From a virus (Duplodnaviria; Caudoviricetes), in IMG/VR virus record IMGVR_UViG_2922715855_000002, positions 1 to 64,000 of that record: DNA of 64,000 bases; one strand, given 5' to 3'. Each line of letters starts with the position of its first letter. The stretch's first letter is position 1. The position numbers and the translations under genes are program-made. The notes under the pieces are model-generated. The model searched no databases. It was not told the DNA's origin and saw only the letters and a program-made list of their open reading frames with translations. Positions 46,762 through 55,428 of this stretch are shown here, piece by piece.

Positions 46762-47815
46762 TCTTAAGAATCTGAATCTAACTAATAAATTATTGCTCTT
46801 AGAGGCGACGGAAAAAAGCCTAGAAATCACAATATCAAATGAGTTCACGGTCACTCGTACATTCATAGTTGAGAATATCGAAATAGTTGCCATTGGGTCG
46901 CTTATTATGCAAGCTAATCTATTCTTTGAAATCATTGATAAATTGCGTACGGATGAAATAAGTATCGCATGCACAGGCAATAAGGCAAAAATCAAAAGTG
47001 GACAAACTCAAATGGATGTTTCGGTCCTGGATGCCATCGCAAAAAGAACAGTGGAGAAGCCAGAAAATTGGCTCTTCACACTGGATGGGCAGGTATTGAA
47101 AAGTTTCATTAAGTGCGTAATGCATGCGGTAGACAAGAAGGATAGTACGAACGTGGCTCTAACAGGCGTCAGATTAAAACTAGAAAGTGATTGCTTAAGC
47201 GTAACGGGCTGCAATGGGTCACAGTTGGCTCATTTGAGAACAGAGATTCAAGATAGTCCCGAGTTCGAAATCGTTATATCAGAAGAGCATGCGAAGCTAT
47301 TGCAAGGATTCATTCACGATGGCGATGCACTACGGTTTGCCATCAAGGGTAATGATGCCGTCTTTGCAACTGATACGCATACATTTTATTTGCGACTTTT
47401 AGATGCGAAGTTTCCGCCAGTTGATTCACTCCTGGATAAAGAAGTCATCGCTTCGGCAATCGTGAATGTGGATGACCTGGTTAAATCTATAGATATTTCA
47501 ACCATTGCAGCGCATAGGGCGAAAGGCGGGATCGTTGAAATATTAGTTAAATTGGCGGATAACACTCTATCAATTATGTCGAAGAGCCAGCTTGGTAGAA
47601 GTGTTGATATTGTTCCATTAAGTAATTGTGAAGGCGCTAATGTTTCAGTGGTGTGTGACGCTAGATTCTTAAGGAGTGCGGTCAAATCCGCTGATAGAGA
47701 ATCGGTAAAAATCGGCTTTGTAGGGCATGAGGCGCCAATAATTATTGATTCGCAAAAGTTCGGAAAGTTTTTGATACAAGCCAGAAGAAAGGGGCGCGAA
47801 TGGGATGGAGAATGA
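46724..47815 (+). CDS. dnaN: Phage-encoded DNA polymerase III beta sliding clamp homologue
   Basis: GGAGGGG RBS; ~363 aa; ALTGV.L, G.NG.QLA, RLLDAKFP and D.R.L..AVK three-domain clamp motifs. Confidence 0.82.
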   Translation: MQIKVSRLSLINNLKNLNLTNKLLLLEATEKSLEITISNEFTVTRTFIVENIEIVAIGSLIMQANLFFEIIDKLRTDEISIACTGNKAKIKSGQTQMDVSVLDAIAKRTVEKPENWLFTLDGQVLKSFIKCVMHAVDKKDSTNVALTGVRLKLESDCLSVTGCNGSQLAHLRTEIQDSPEFEIVISEEHAKLLQGFIHDGDALRFAIKGNDAVFATDTHTFYLRLLDAKFPPVDSLLDKEVIASAIVNVDDLVKSIDISTIAAHRAKGGIVEILVKLADNTLSIMSKSQLGRSVDIVPLSNCEGANVSVVCDARFLRSAVKSADRESVKIGFVGHEAPIIIDSQKFGKFLIQARRKGREWDGE

Positions 47816-47884
47816 AAAGCAAATTGAAATGGTTATCGTAGATGATGTTTTGATCATTGAGGAAACGGATGGTCAGGGGGCTGT

Positions 47885-48160
47885 ATGAATCCTCTTGTCA
47901 ACAGTAAAGCGATGTTACTTATTCATAGAGCGCTTACTCCTATTATTCATTCCGGGAAAAAGATAGACCGAATCCATATGCATGTATCTCAAAATTCAGA
48001 ATTATCTTCAATCAGTTATATAGAAACTCAATTTGGTGATTTGGAAATCATAGTGAATCCCCACATACACAAAGGATTTTGTTATTTGATTGAAAGCCCA
48101 ATCAGTCGGGGTGGCATAGGATTTAACTGGGTATCCAAACCGAAAAAAATGGAGGTTTAG
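47885..48160 (+). CDS. Hypothetical protein
   Basis: ORF within the early operon. Confidence 0.65.
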   Translation: MNPLVNSKAMLLIHRALTPIIHSGKKIDRIHMHVSQNSELSSISYIETQFGDLEIIVNPHIHKGFCYLIESPISRGGIGFNWVSKPKKMEV

Positions 48161-48163
48161 AGC

Positions 48164-48417
48164 ATGGTACAGGGGATGAGGCATGAACTCAAAATATTGC
48201 CCGAATACTTTATAGATGTAATCAGTGGAGTGAAAAAATTCGAAGTAAGAAAGAATGATCGGAATTATCAGCTAGGTGATGTTGTTGTACTTAAGAGTTT
48301 GATCCAACAACGCAGCAGTTTACAGGTGATAGTGTAATCAAATGCGTGTCCTATATATTAAATGATCGGGATTATGTAAAAGAGGGTTATGTCATTTTAG
48401 GAATGGAGGATTACTAG
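48164..48417 (+). pseudogene. Frameshifted DUF3850/ASCH-domain gene
   Basis: HELKILPEYF...KKFEVRKNDRNYQLGD in one frame; EFD...FTG...YIL...YVKEGYVILGM in another; break near 48293. Confidence 0.8.
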
Positions 48418-48419
48418 GT

Positions 48420-48797
48420 ATGAATATATGGTTAAAAGAATTCAAAGCAGAAAAGATACGGGCGGATTCCGCGGAGTGTCGCGAGTCTCAATTAAAGCAA
48501 GCATTAGAATCTGTGATCCATCAATGCAGTGGTTCGCCAGCTTATACAGATGGAGCTTATGCGTGCTATTATGCGAACCGAACGTTATTGAATGTGTACG
48601 GTGAAGTTTCTCGGTCAAATAACGGTATTGGACAAGTCGATAAGATGCTACATGATATTAGACGAATAGCCAAAGATGCAGATATGGATGTGATCGTCAC
48701 AATCATAGATCAAGATTTAGGTTATCAGATGGGCTATCATCGAATCGATTTGCCATGCGTCGGGCAGTTACCTAAATTTAAAGGGGTGACAGGGTAA
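48420..48797 (+). CDS. Hypothetical protein
   Basis: 125-aa ORF with RBS. Confidence 0.6.
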   Translation: MNIWLKEFKAEKIRADSAECRESQLKQALESVIHQCSGSPAYTDGAYACYYANRTLLNVYGEVSRSNNGIGQVDKMLHDIRRIAKDADMDVIVTIIDQDLGYQMGYHRIDLPCVGQLPKFKGVTG

Positions 48798-49231
48798 TGG
48801 GACAAATGAACATGTTCGTGTTCGATGAAAAAGAGACATGGCGCCGCGTAGAAGAAAGACTTGAATCAGCTAGGATATACAAAAAGTTCGGATTCATTCG
48901 GCGTGAAATCAAAAGCACGCCTTCATATGCTAACAGAGAACATGGGAACACAAATGCGATATCAAAACCAGTTCAAGATATCGCAATATGGAACGTTGAC
49001 CGGGAAGAAGAAATGTATAAAGAATATGAGGAAGTTATGCGTGCGGTCTCCCGATTATCAAAGCTTCAACGGCAAATCATCGAAAAGAGATACCTGGAAG
49101 ATGAATATGTCTTTGATATTAATGTGTATGTGGAGCTTGAAAAATCTGAACGTTCGTATTATTACGCCAAATCAAAAGCAATGTATCGATTAGCGTTCGC
49201 CCTTCGTCTTGAAATGTATTGCGAGAATTAA
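48797..49231 (+). CDS. ArpU-family late transcription activator
   Basis: RQIIEKRYLE...SERSYY..KSKA.YRLAFAL. Confidence 0.9.
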   Translation: MGQMNMFVFDEKETWRRVEERLESARIYKKFGFIRREIKSTPSYANREHGNTNAISKPVQDIAIWNVDREEEMYKEYEEVMRAVSRLSKLQRQIIEKRYLEDEYVFDINVYVELEKSERSYYYAKSKAMYRLAFALRLEMYCEN

Positions 49232-49239
49232 AAAAACCG

Positions 49240-49278
49240 TTGCAGACATTTTGCAGTTATTTTGCAGAGTTCTTGCAG
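49240..49278 (+). promoter_or_regulatory. TTGCAG x4 with 11-bp period, probable ArpU binding site
   Basis: Copies at 49240, 49251, 49262 and 49273. Confidence 0.72.
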
Positions 49279-49310
49279 TTCATTAGGTTCTACAGGTGAT
49301 ATTCTTATAG

Positions 49311-49464
49311 CATAGAGAATTGAAAAGAACACCCGACACAACAATGTACTCATGTGAAGGCTACGAGCTGTAAGAGTAGGACAAGCGGGGGAAAGTTGTT
49401 TGATTCTCTATCACACTGGTTTCTCTCCTTTCACCATAGCCGCTCCTTCGGGGGCGGCATTTTA
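49311..49464 (+). ncRNA. Candidate structured late-leader RNA ending in a terminator
   Basis: ATAGAGAAT/ATTCTCTAT long-range stem; TTTCTCTCCTT motif; GCCGCTCC-TTCG-GGGGCGGC hairpin. Confidence 0.4.
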
Positions 49465-49549
49465 ATTAGAAATGAGAAAACAATTACCATTCATTAGGTC
49501 GCTGATTATTCAGCGGCTTTTTTATTTTGCATTGAGGGGGTGACCGACA

Positions 49550-50092
49550 ATAGAGTTTGTTCAGCCAATCAGAGACCCGGAAATCTTAGCAGACATTAAA
49601 GATTATTTACGAGGTACGAATCAACGTAATTACATGATGTTCATGCTAGGGATCAACACAGGTCTGCGTATCAGTGATTTGCTTAAGCTTCGGGTACGTG
49701 ATGTACAAGGGACGCACATCGTTCTCAAAGAACAGAAGACAGGCAAGACAAAGCGAATCCTCATTACGCCAGATTTGAAAAAGGAATTGAATGTTTACAC
49801 GGAAGATAAGCAACCGATTGAGTATCTAGTGAAAAGCCGTGAAGGTATTAATAGACCTATCACACGATCTATGGCTTATAAGATTCTCCGCAGCGTCGCT
49901 GATGAATTCAGACTCGAAGAAATCGGTTGCCACACTCTTAGGAAAACATTCGGATATTTTTTCTATCAGCAATATAAGGACCCGGCAATGCTCATGAAAC
50001 TATTTAATCATAGTTCTGAAAAGGTCACATTACGCTATATAGGCATCGAGCAAGACACGATGGACATGCATCTAAAACGCTTCAAAGTGTAA
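49550..50092 (+). CDS. Short tyrosine recombinase with an apparent ATA start
   Basis: (M/I)EFVQPIRD N-terminus in frame with the track ORF; TGLRISDLL, IGCHTLRKTFGY and FNHSSEKVTLRYIG motifs. Confidence 0.88.
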   Translation: MEFVQPIRDPEILADIKDYLRGTNQRNYMMFMLGINTGLRISDLLKLRVRDVQGTHIVLKEQKTGKTKRILITPDLKKELNVYTEDKQPIEYLVKSREGINRPITRSMAYKILRSVADEFRLEEIGCHTLRKTFGYFFYQQYKDPAMLMKLFNHSSEKVTLRYIGIEQDTMDMHLKRFKV

Positions 50093-50094
50093 TC

Positions 50095-50211
50095 AATTAC
50101 TCATATTGAGCATAGGTGGAACTCGTTTCTGTGAGGTTGGTTAAACTCAATCAGCAAGCAGGTTTTCGGTTCCTCACTGAGTTCAACAAAATATAACATA
50201 TGGATAACTCA
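50095..50211. promoter_or_regulatory. Candidate recombination sites (lox-like 13-8-13 at 50178-50211; related site at 50095-50124)
   Basis: TGAGTTCAACAAA-ATATAACA-TATGGATAACTCA. Confidence 0.5.
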
Positions 50212-50269
50212 AACGTTCACAAAGCGTTCGTGTTTTGAGGGAACAAATATCTTGAAAAGGGGAAATAAA

Positions 50270-50899
50270 ATGAGGTCAGAAGTGGTGAAAAATAAACTTC
50301 AATACTTGAGTATATTAAGCGACTTAGCTATTCAATGCTTAAAAAAAGGAACAATACGGTATAACGGAATCGCGCATGGCGCCATGTTAGATAAAAGATT
50401 GATAGATACTTGTAATAGCATCGAGTGTGAATTGGGGATCGGTATTGATGTTGATCCATTTGATAAATATGTCTCACAACCGCCAACGATAGAACAACGC
50501 ATTCGGGCAGCTATGATAGATGAATACCCTTATCAAGTTGTTTATTACACAAGGAGAGAAGGGGCGACATCCTCCATTATTGAGATTGCGAAGGAGAACG
50601 AGTCTATTGTAGTTCTTACTAACTCGGTAATGGAAAGACAATACAAAGAAAAAGGTATTCGCTGTATGAATTATCGAAATAGTCATCAAAGATGGTTGTA
50701 TGGTAAGAAGCCTATAACGCTTATAGCCGATGTCGTACCAGATGAAGCATTGGCTCCATGGCGAAGAGAACTTAGAGGACCAATCAATCGCATTATCGCA
50801 GTGAAAAGTATTCAAGTTGGTTTAGATGGGTCGGCATCTGTTCAAGGCATCGATCTTAAGAAAGCTAATAAGAGCTTTGGGAGTGAATGGAGATGCTAA
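50270..50899 (+). CDS. Hypothetical protein
   Basis: ORF of about 210 aa; start uncertain (50252 or 50270). Confidence 0.7.
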   Translation: MRSEVVKNKLQYLSILSDLAIQCLKKGTIRYNGIAHGAMLDKRLIDTCNSIECELGIGIDVDPFDKYVSQPPTIEQRIRAAMIDEYPYQVVYYTRREGATSSIIEIAKENESIVVLTNSVMERQYKEKGIRCMNYRNSHQRWLYGKKPITLIADVVPDEALAPWRRELRGPINRIIAVKSIQVGLDGSASVQGIDLKKANKSFGSEWRC

Positions 50900-51096
50900 A
50901 GTGTCTTATTGGAAAGACCATAGTTTATGCAATGCGATACGTCGATCAGTCATTTGACACTGTGACAATTGAATGCGATGACGGTACCACATTAACCATT
51001 ACATCAACTAAGTCACATATGGACAATGAAGGATTAGATGTTGAGGTTCACAAGGATGGTGAAGAGATTGCCTCCGATCGCACAGAAACCATGTAG
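50887..51096 (+). CDS. Hypothetical protein
   Basis: Operon context. Confidence 0.55.
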   Translation: MEMLKCLIGKTIVYAMRYVDQSFDTVTIECDDGTTLTITSTKSHMDNEGLDVEVHKDGEEIASDRTETM

Positions 51097-51436
51097 CCAC
51101 ACTGGGTGTCGCATTCTAACAAGAGAGCGTTATTGTTCAGCGCATACTAAGGATAAAAATAAGTATGACCGTTATCGTGGAACTGCATCACAGCGCGGAT
51201 ATAACAGCAAATGGCGCCAGGCTCGCGTATGGTACTTAGTTAAGCACCCGTTGTGTGTATACTGTGCAATGCAAGACAAGGTAATCGCTGCAACAGTCGT
51301 CGATCATATCAAACCACACAAAGGTGACAAGTTACTATTTTGGGACCGAGATAATTGGCAAGGGCTATGTATCTCATGCCATAATTCAAAAACGGTAAGA
51401 GAGGATGGTGGGTTCGGAAATACTCAAAAATGCTAG
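51068..51436 (+). CDS. HNH endonuclease (cos-packaging accessory)
   Basis: HPLCVYC...ATVVDHIKPH.GD...FWD..NWQGLC.SCHNSKT. Confidence 0.93.
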   Translation: MPPIAQKPCSHTGCRILTRERYCSAHTKDKNKYDRYRGTASQRGYNSKWRQARVWYLVKHPLCVYCAMQDKVIAATVVDHIKPHKGDKLLFWDRDNWQGLCISCHNSKTVREDGGFGNTQKC

Positions 51437-51497
51437 AAAATCTTTCTAATATATAGTATATTTTCTATAACTATATGCTATTGAGGGAGCGAATAAT

Positions 51498-52214
51498 TTG
51501 ATAATCAGTGCGGTTTTTCAAAAGGAGTTAGAAGACTCATTGTGTGGTACATATTTATCGGCTGATGATTTTCTTATTTCCGAAGGGAAAGATAACGCTA
51601 GAAATCCAATGATTAATATATTCTACAGGTATTTTACTGGTCAACCCAAATATTCTCTTTTATTATATATAAGAAAGGGTTCTTTTAAAGTCGCTAAGAG
51701 ACCGGGAAAAGTATTAGAACTAGAGTCAATTGAACTAACTGATAAAGGAGAAGTACTACTCGAAATAAGAAAGTGGATAGATAATATAGAAACTGAGTTT
51801 AAAATATTTAATGAAGTAAATGAAATTATAAAAAATAGGGAGCAACGCACTGAAAGAATAAAAGGGATGGAACAGTCATTATCCGGAATAGGGAATGAAC
51901 AATTTTCTACTGATGAAGTCAATAAGTTAATTCAGAGAGTATCAACATTAGAAGAACTTTTTTTAGCTCAATTAGAAGAAGAGATAAAAGACAAAGAACT
52001 ACTCAGAAACGAAATTAATAAATTTAAAAAAGATATTAGTTTCTTGAAAATGCAAGTCAGTATTTTGAATAAAAAGAACTGGCTTTTCGCGTTTGACTCT
52101 AGAATATCTCAGTGGAGAAAAAGGAACCCTAGAGCTGTTGAAGCATTAGATATTAAGAATTTCGAGGTTTTACCAGAGGCAGTAAAAATGTTAACCCATT
52201 CTGAAATAGATTAG
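51498..52214 (+). CDS. AT-rich moron, soluble coiled-coil hypothetical protein
   Basis: Abrupt AT-rich composition; inserted between HNH and cos/terS. Confidence 0.8.
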   Translation: MIISAVFQKELEDSLCGTYLSADDFLISEGKDNARNPMINIFYRYFTGQPKYSLLLYIRKGSFKVAKRPGKVLELESIELTDKGEVLLEIRKWIDNIETEFKIFNEVNEIIKNREQRTERIKGMEQSLSGIGNEQFSTDEVNKLIQRVSTLEELFLAQLEEEIKDKELLRNEINKFKKDISFLKMQVSILNKKNWLFAFDSRISQWRKRNPRAVEALDIKNFEVLPEAVKMLTHSEID

Positions 52215-52256
52215 ATTAATATAAATAGAGAGTTGTTTTTTAGGGGGGGATCCGGG

Positions 52257-53015
52257 ATGGTTGATAAAGTAAAAAAAGTAAGCAATCCACTTACTATTGT
52301 TGCTATTTTTGCTGGTTTAGCAGAGGTTGCTAGTACAGTAGCATTAGGGCTAATAAATGAAGAAATACAGCTTATTTTTATTTGGTTCGTTATGGTGTTC
52401 CCTGTTCTATTGGTTGTTATATTTTTCTTAACATTAAATTTAAATCCAAAAGTTTTATACTCTCCAAGTGATTTTAAAGATGAGGATAACTTTTTGCAAA
52501 CACTAGCAGGAAGCTATACATTAAAAAAACAATTTGATGAGATGAACAATATTATTACCGAATCTAAAGCGGAAATTATATCACTTGCTAAAGAGGCAAC
52601 AAAAAAACCTTCCGAGCAAAATACAGAAATTTCAACGCCTACAAATGGTGAATCATCAGTTTCAGGGGTTATAGAAGTCAGCAAAAAAGAAGACCCTTCG
52701 AAATCAGTGGAATCACTAATAAATGAGAAGTTTAGTCCTATTGAAGAAAAAATAAAGGATTTCAAGATATCTACTGAATTACTAACTATGGATAATATAA
52801 ACAGTAATACATCTTCACTCCAATTACAGATTATCAATTTATTGATAAGCCGAGGAGCATTAGATGCAGTTACGATTTCAAATGTCTTAAGTATTACTGT
52901 AAAAAGAGCACTGGAATCTTTAGAGAAACTCAGAAGAAGGGGTTTAATAGATGTAAATTATTATGACGATGAGAAGAAGTATTATGTAAAAATGAATAGC
53001 TGGACAGCTTCTTAG
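52257..53015 (+). CDS. AT-rich moron, 2-TM membrane protein with C-terminal winged HTH
   Basis: NPLTIVAIFAGLAE...LYSPSDFKDEDNF N-terminus; TISNVLSITVKRALESLEKLRRRGLI C-terminus. Confidence 0.8.
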   Translation: MVDKVKKVSNPLTIVAIFAGLAEVASTVALGLINEEIQLIFIWFVMVFPVLLVVIFFLTLNLNPKVLYSPSDFKDEDNFLQTLAGSYTLKKQFDEMNNIITESKAEIISLAKEATKKPSEQNTEISTPTNGESSVSGVIEVSKKEDPSKSVESLINEKFSPIEEKIKDFKISTELLTMDNINSNTSSLQLQIINLLISRGALDAVTISNVLSITVKRALESLEKLRRRGLIDVNYYDDEKKYYVKMNSWTAS

Positions 53016-53037
53016 AGACTCCCGTCCTACTATATGA

Positions 53038-53096
53038 ATAGACCCCCCATGGGGTCTATTTTTATTATTAAGAAATTGCGAGACCGCGTGTCCCTC
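53038..53096. other. Candidate cos region
   Basis: ATAGACCCC/GGGGTCTAT palindrome, then GACCG-CGTGTCCC-TC just upstream of terS, resembling 3'-overhang cos sites of Bacillus/Paenibacillus phages. Confidence 0.55.
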
Positions 53097-53153
53097 TAAT
53101 GTGAAAAAAAGTCCCCGACAGAAGTTTTAGAGGGAGAAGGGAGGTGGACACAC

Positions 53154-53636
53154 GTGAATGAGGTCATTGACTTCAATCATATGAGGATTGGAAAAAAGGG
53201 CGGCGGTAAACATTGGACAAAAAAAGAAGTTGAAAACCGCGAAGCAGCGGCAAAGAAATTTGAGCGCAAAAAGAAGAGGAAGCTTAAGGTCCCGGATTGG
53301 TTGACAGATGAAGCACGAAAGGTTTGGCGTAAGACTGTCAAGGACATGGAAGAGTTCGACGTATTGGATAAAGTGGATGAAGATGTTTTGGGAACGTATT
53401 GCGATGCGGTCGCAAAATATCAATATGCAAACACGCTAATCGAAGAACACGGTTACACCGAAGTAAATGCTCAAGGGAATTCGGTTGTAAGTGCTCATGT
53501 CAAACTAGCGCAAGGATATTCACGAATCATACTTGCTTACTCCAATAAACTCGGATTGAACGCCGATGCCCGCGCCCGACTCGCCAAGAAAATAGCGGAC
53601 GGGGAAGGTGATCCGAATGAAGACCTATTCGACTGA
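53154..53636 (+). CDS. terS: Terminase small subunit (P27 family)
   Basis: PDWLTDEARKVW, YCDAVAKY and LGLNADARARL motifs. Confidence 0.9.
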   Translation: MNEVIDFNHMRIGKKGGGKHWTKKEVENREAAAKKFERKKKRKLKVPDWLTDEARKVWRKTVKDMEEFDVLDKVDEDVLGTYCDAVAKYQYANTLIEEHGYTEVNAQGNSVVSAHVKLAQGYSRIILAYSNKLGLNADARARLAKKIADGEGDPNEDLFD

Positions 53637-55407
53637 ATGGGAAGACGTTCACCCCACACATCGTTACGCGGCGGAAATTATAACCGGGAAGCGCAAGGGA
53701 TGTGAATTAGAGCAATTAGCATGTAGACGTCATTTGAACGATCTTAAGCGACAAGGGACGGATGAGTTCCCTTACGTATTTGATGAATCACGTGCAGATC
53801 GCATATTTGATTGGTTCGAAAAGTGTTGCCGACATGTGCGAGGACCATTCTCCGGGCAGCTCATTGAGTTACTACCCTTTCAAAAGTTTGATTTAGGTGT
53901 TGTGTTCGGTTGGGTGCATCGCGAGTCAGGAAAACGAAGATTTAAAAAGGCATTTCATTTACGCTCCCGCGGTAATGTCAAATCAACCGAAATGAGCGGA
54001 CTTGCCCTGTATGGCATGTGTGGCGATTGTGTTTATCCGCCTGGGAATCCTGCATTTAAGCGGTACGAGGACAGCCCGGAGGTTGAATGTGCTGCGGTAG
54101 ATAAGACGCAAGCAAAACGGGTATGGGGCGACGCGCAGAAGATGGGCGAGCACAGCCCGGATATTATGAAACGCTTGCGAATTAAGCGAACATACATTGA
54201 GCATTCGACCCGCGGTGGGTGGATGCGTCCACTTTCGAGGGATACGAAAAATAAAGACTCGGGCGCGCCTTGTTTAGTTATCATCGACGAATATCATGCG
54301 CATCCAACTTCGGATATTCTTGATGTCCTTTTCTCCGGATTTGGTAAGCGACTGCAATCTCTCATGATGATCATCTCGACAGCGGGGAAGGATGCAGAGA
54401 ACAGTCCATGTAAGAAGGAATATGATGCCCTTTGTAAGATGATGCGAGGTGAAAACCCTATGAACGAGACAATTTTTGCGATGATTCGTGAACTGGATAA
54501 AGGTGATGATCCGCACGATGAATCCAATTGGGTAAAAGCAAATCCGATTCTTCAAGAAGAAAACGAATACGCAGAAGAATTGTATAACCAGATTAAAGCA
54601 GAGCATGACGAAGCTTACAATACTGGTGACCCGGCTAAAATTCGGGAATGGTTGACGAAACGCGTTAACCGATGGCAAGCAGACAGTGAAACAAAATATA
54701 TGTCCGGTATTATGGATAAATGGAAGGCGCTCGGTATTTCTCGGGACGCTTTTTTGGCGTTGGTTCGCAACCATAAAACTTGGAGCGGTTTGGATTTAGC
54801 AAAAACGACGGACCTTACCGCAGACGCAAATGTCTTCAAGCTAAGTGACGGAAGGTATGCAGTCACGGCTCATGGCTTTATGCCGAAAGAACGAGCCACG
54901 CAGCACGAACACTCTGATAGGGTGCCGTACAATACCTGGGCAGAAGAAGGTTGGTGTACGCTGACCGAGGGAGCCGTGACAGACTATAGATTCATCAAGA
55001 GCCACATGCAGCAATTAGAAGCCGATGAGGGCTGGACGATTGAAGAGATATGTTATGACCCGTACAATGCAACACACTTCACCCAAGAACTTGAAGCAGA
55101 AGGTTATCAACGGGTGGAGATTCGCCAAGGGGTTCAGACGCTATCAGAGCCGACGAAGTTCTTTAGAAATCTTGTGCTCAAAGGATTGATTGTTCATGAT
55201 GGCAGTCCTTTATTGACTTGGTGCCTTTCTAATGCCGTCGAGGTTGTAGATAACAACGGTAATATCAAACTGAGCAAGAAACACAAGGACGATAGTCAGC
55301 GGATAGACTTGCTTGCCGCAATCATAAATGCGTTTGTTCGAGCGATGTTGGATGAAGGCGACACAGATTTGAACGAGCATATCTTAAGCGAAGAATTTTC
55401 ATTCTGA
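53617..55407 (+). CDS. terL: Terminase large subunit (HK97/cos type)
   Basis: RSRGNVKST, IIDEYHAH, GLDLAKTTDL, YDPYNA and RIDLLAAIINA motifs. Confidence 0.95.
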   Translation: MKTYSTEWEDVHPTHRYAAEIITGKRKGCELEQLACRRHLNDLKRQGTDEFPYVFDESRADRIFDWFEKCCRHVRGPFSGQLIELLPFQKFDLGVVFGWVHRESGKRRFKKAFHLRSRGNVKSTEMSGLALYGMCGDCVYPPGNPAFKRYEDSPEVECAAVDKTQAKRVWGDAQKMGEHSPDIMKRLRIKRTYIEHSTRGGWMRPLSRDTKNKDSGAPCLVIIDEYHAHPTSDILDVLFSGFGKRLQSLMMIISTAGKDAENSPCKKEYDALCKMMRGENPMNETIFAMIRELDKGDDPHDESNWVKANPILQEENEYAEELYNQIKAEHDEAYNTGDPAKIREWLTKRVNRWQADSETKYMSGIMDKWKALGISRDAFLALVRNHKTWSGLDLAKTTDLTADANVFKLSDGRYAVTAHGFMPKERATQHEHSDRVPYNTWAEEGWCTLTEGAVTDYRFIKSHMQQLEADEGWTIEEICYDPYNATHFTQELEAEGYQRVEIRQGVQTLSEPTKFFRNLVLKGLIVHDGSPLLTWCLSNAVEVVDNNGNIKLSKKHKDDSQRIDLLAAIINAFVRAMLDEGDTDLNEHILSEEFSF

Positions 55408-55428
55408 GGAAGGAGGTGAAACAAAACT

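Noticed and set aside
48861-49193. 110-aa same-strand ORF overlapping arpU
   Set aside because: It is an alternate-frame shadow of a well-supported gene, with no RBS or motif.
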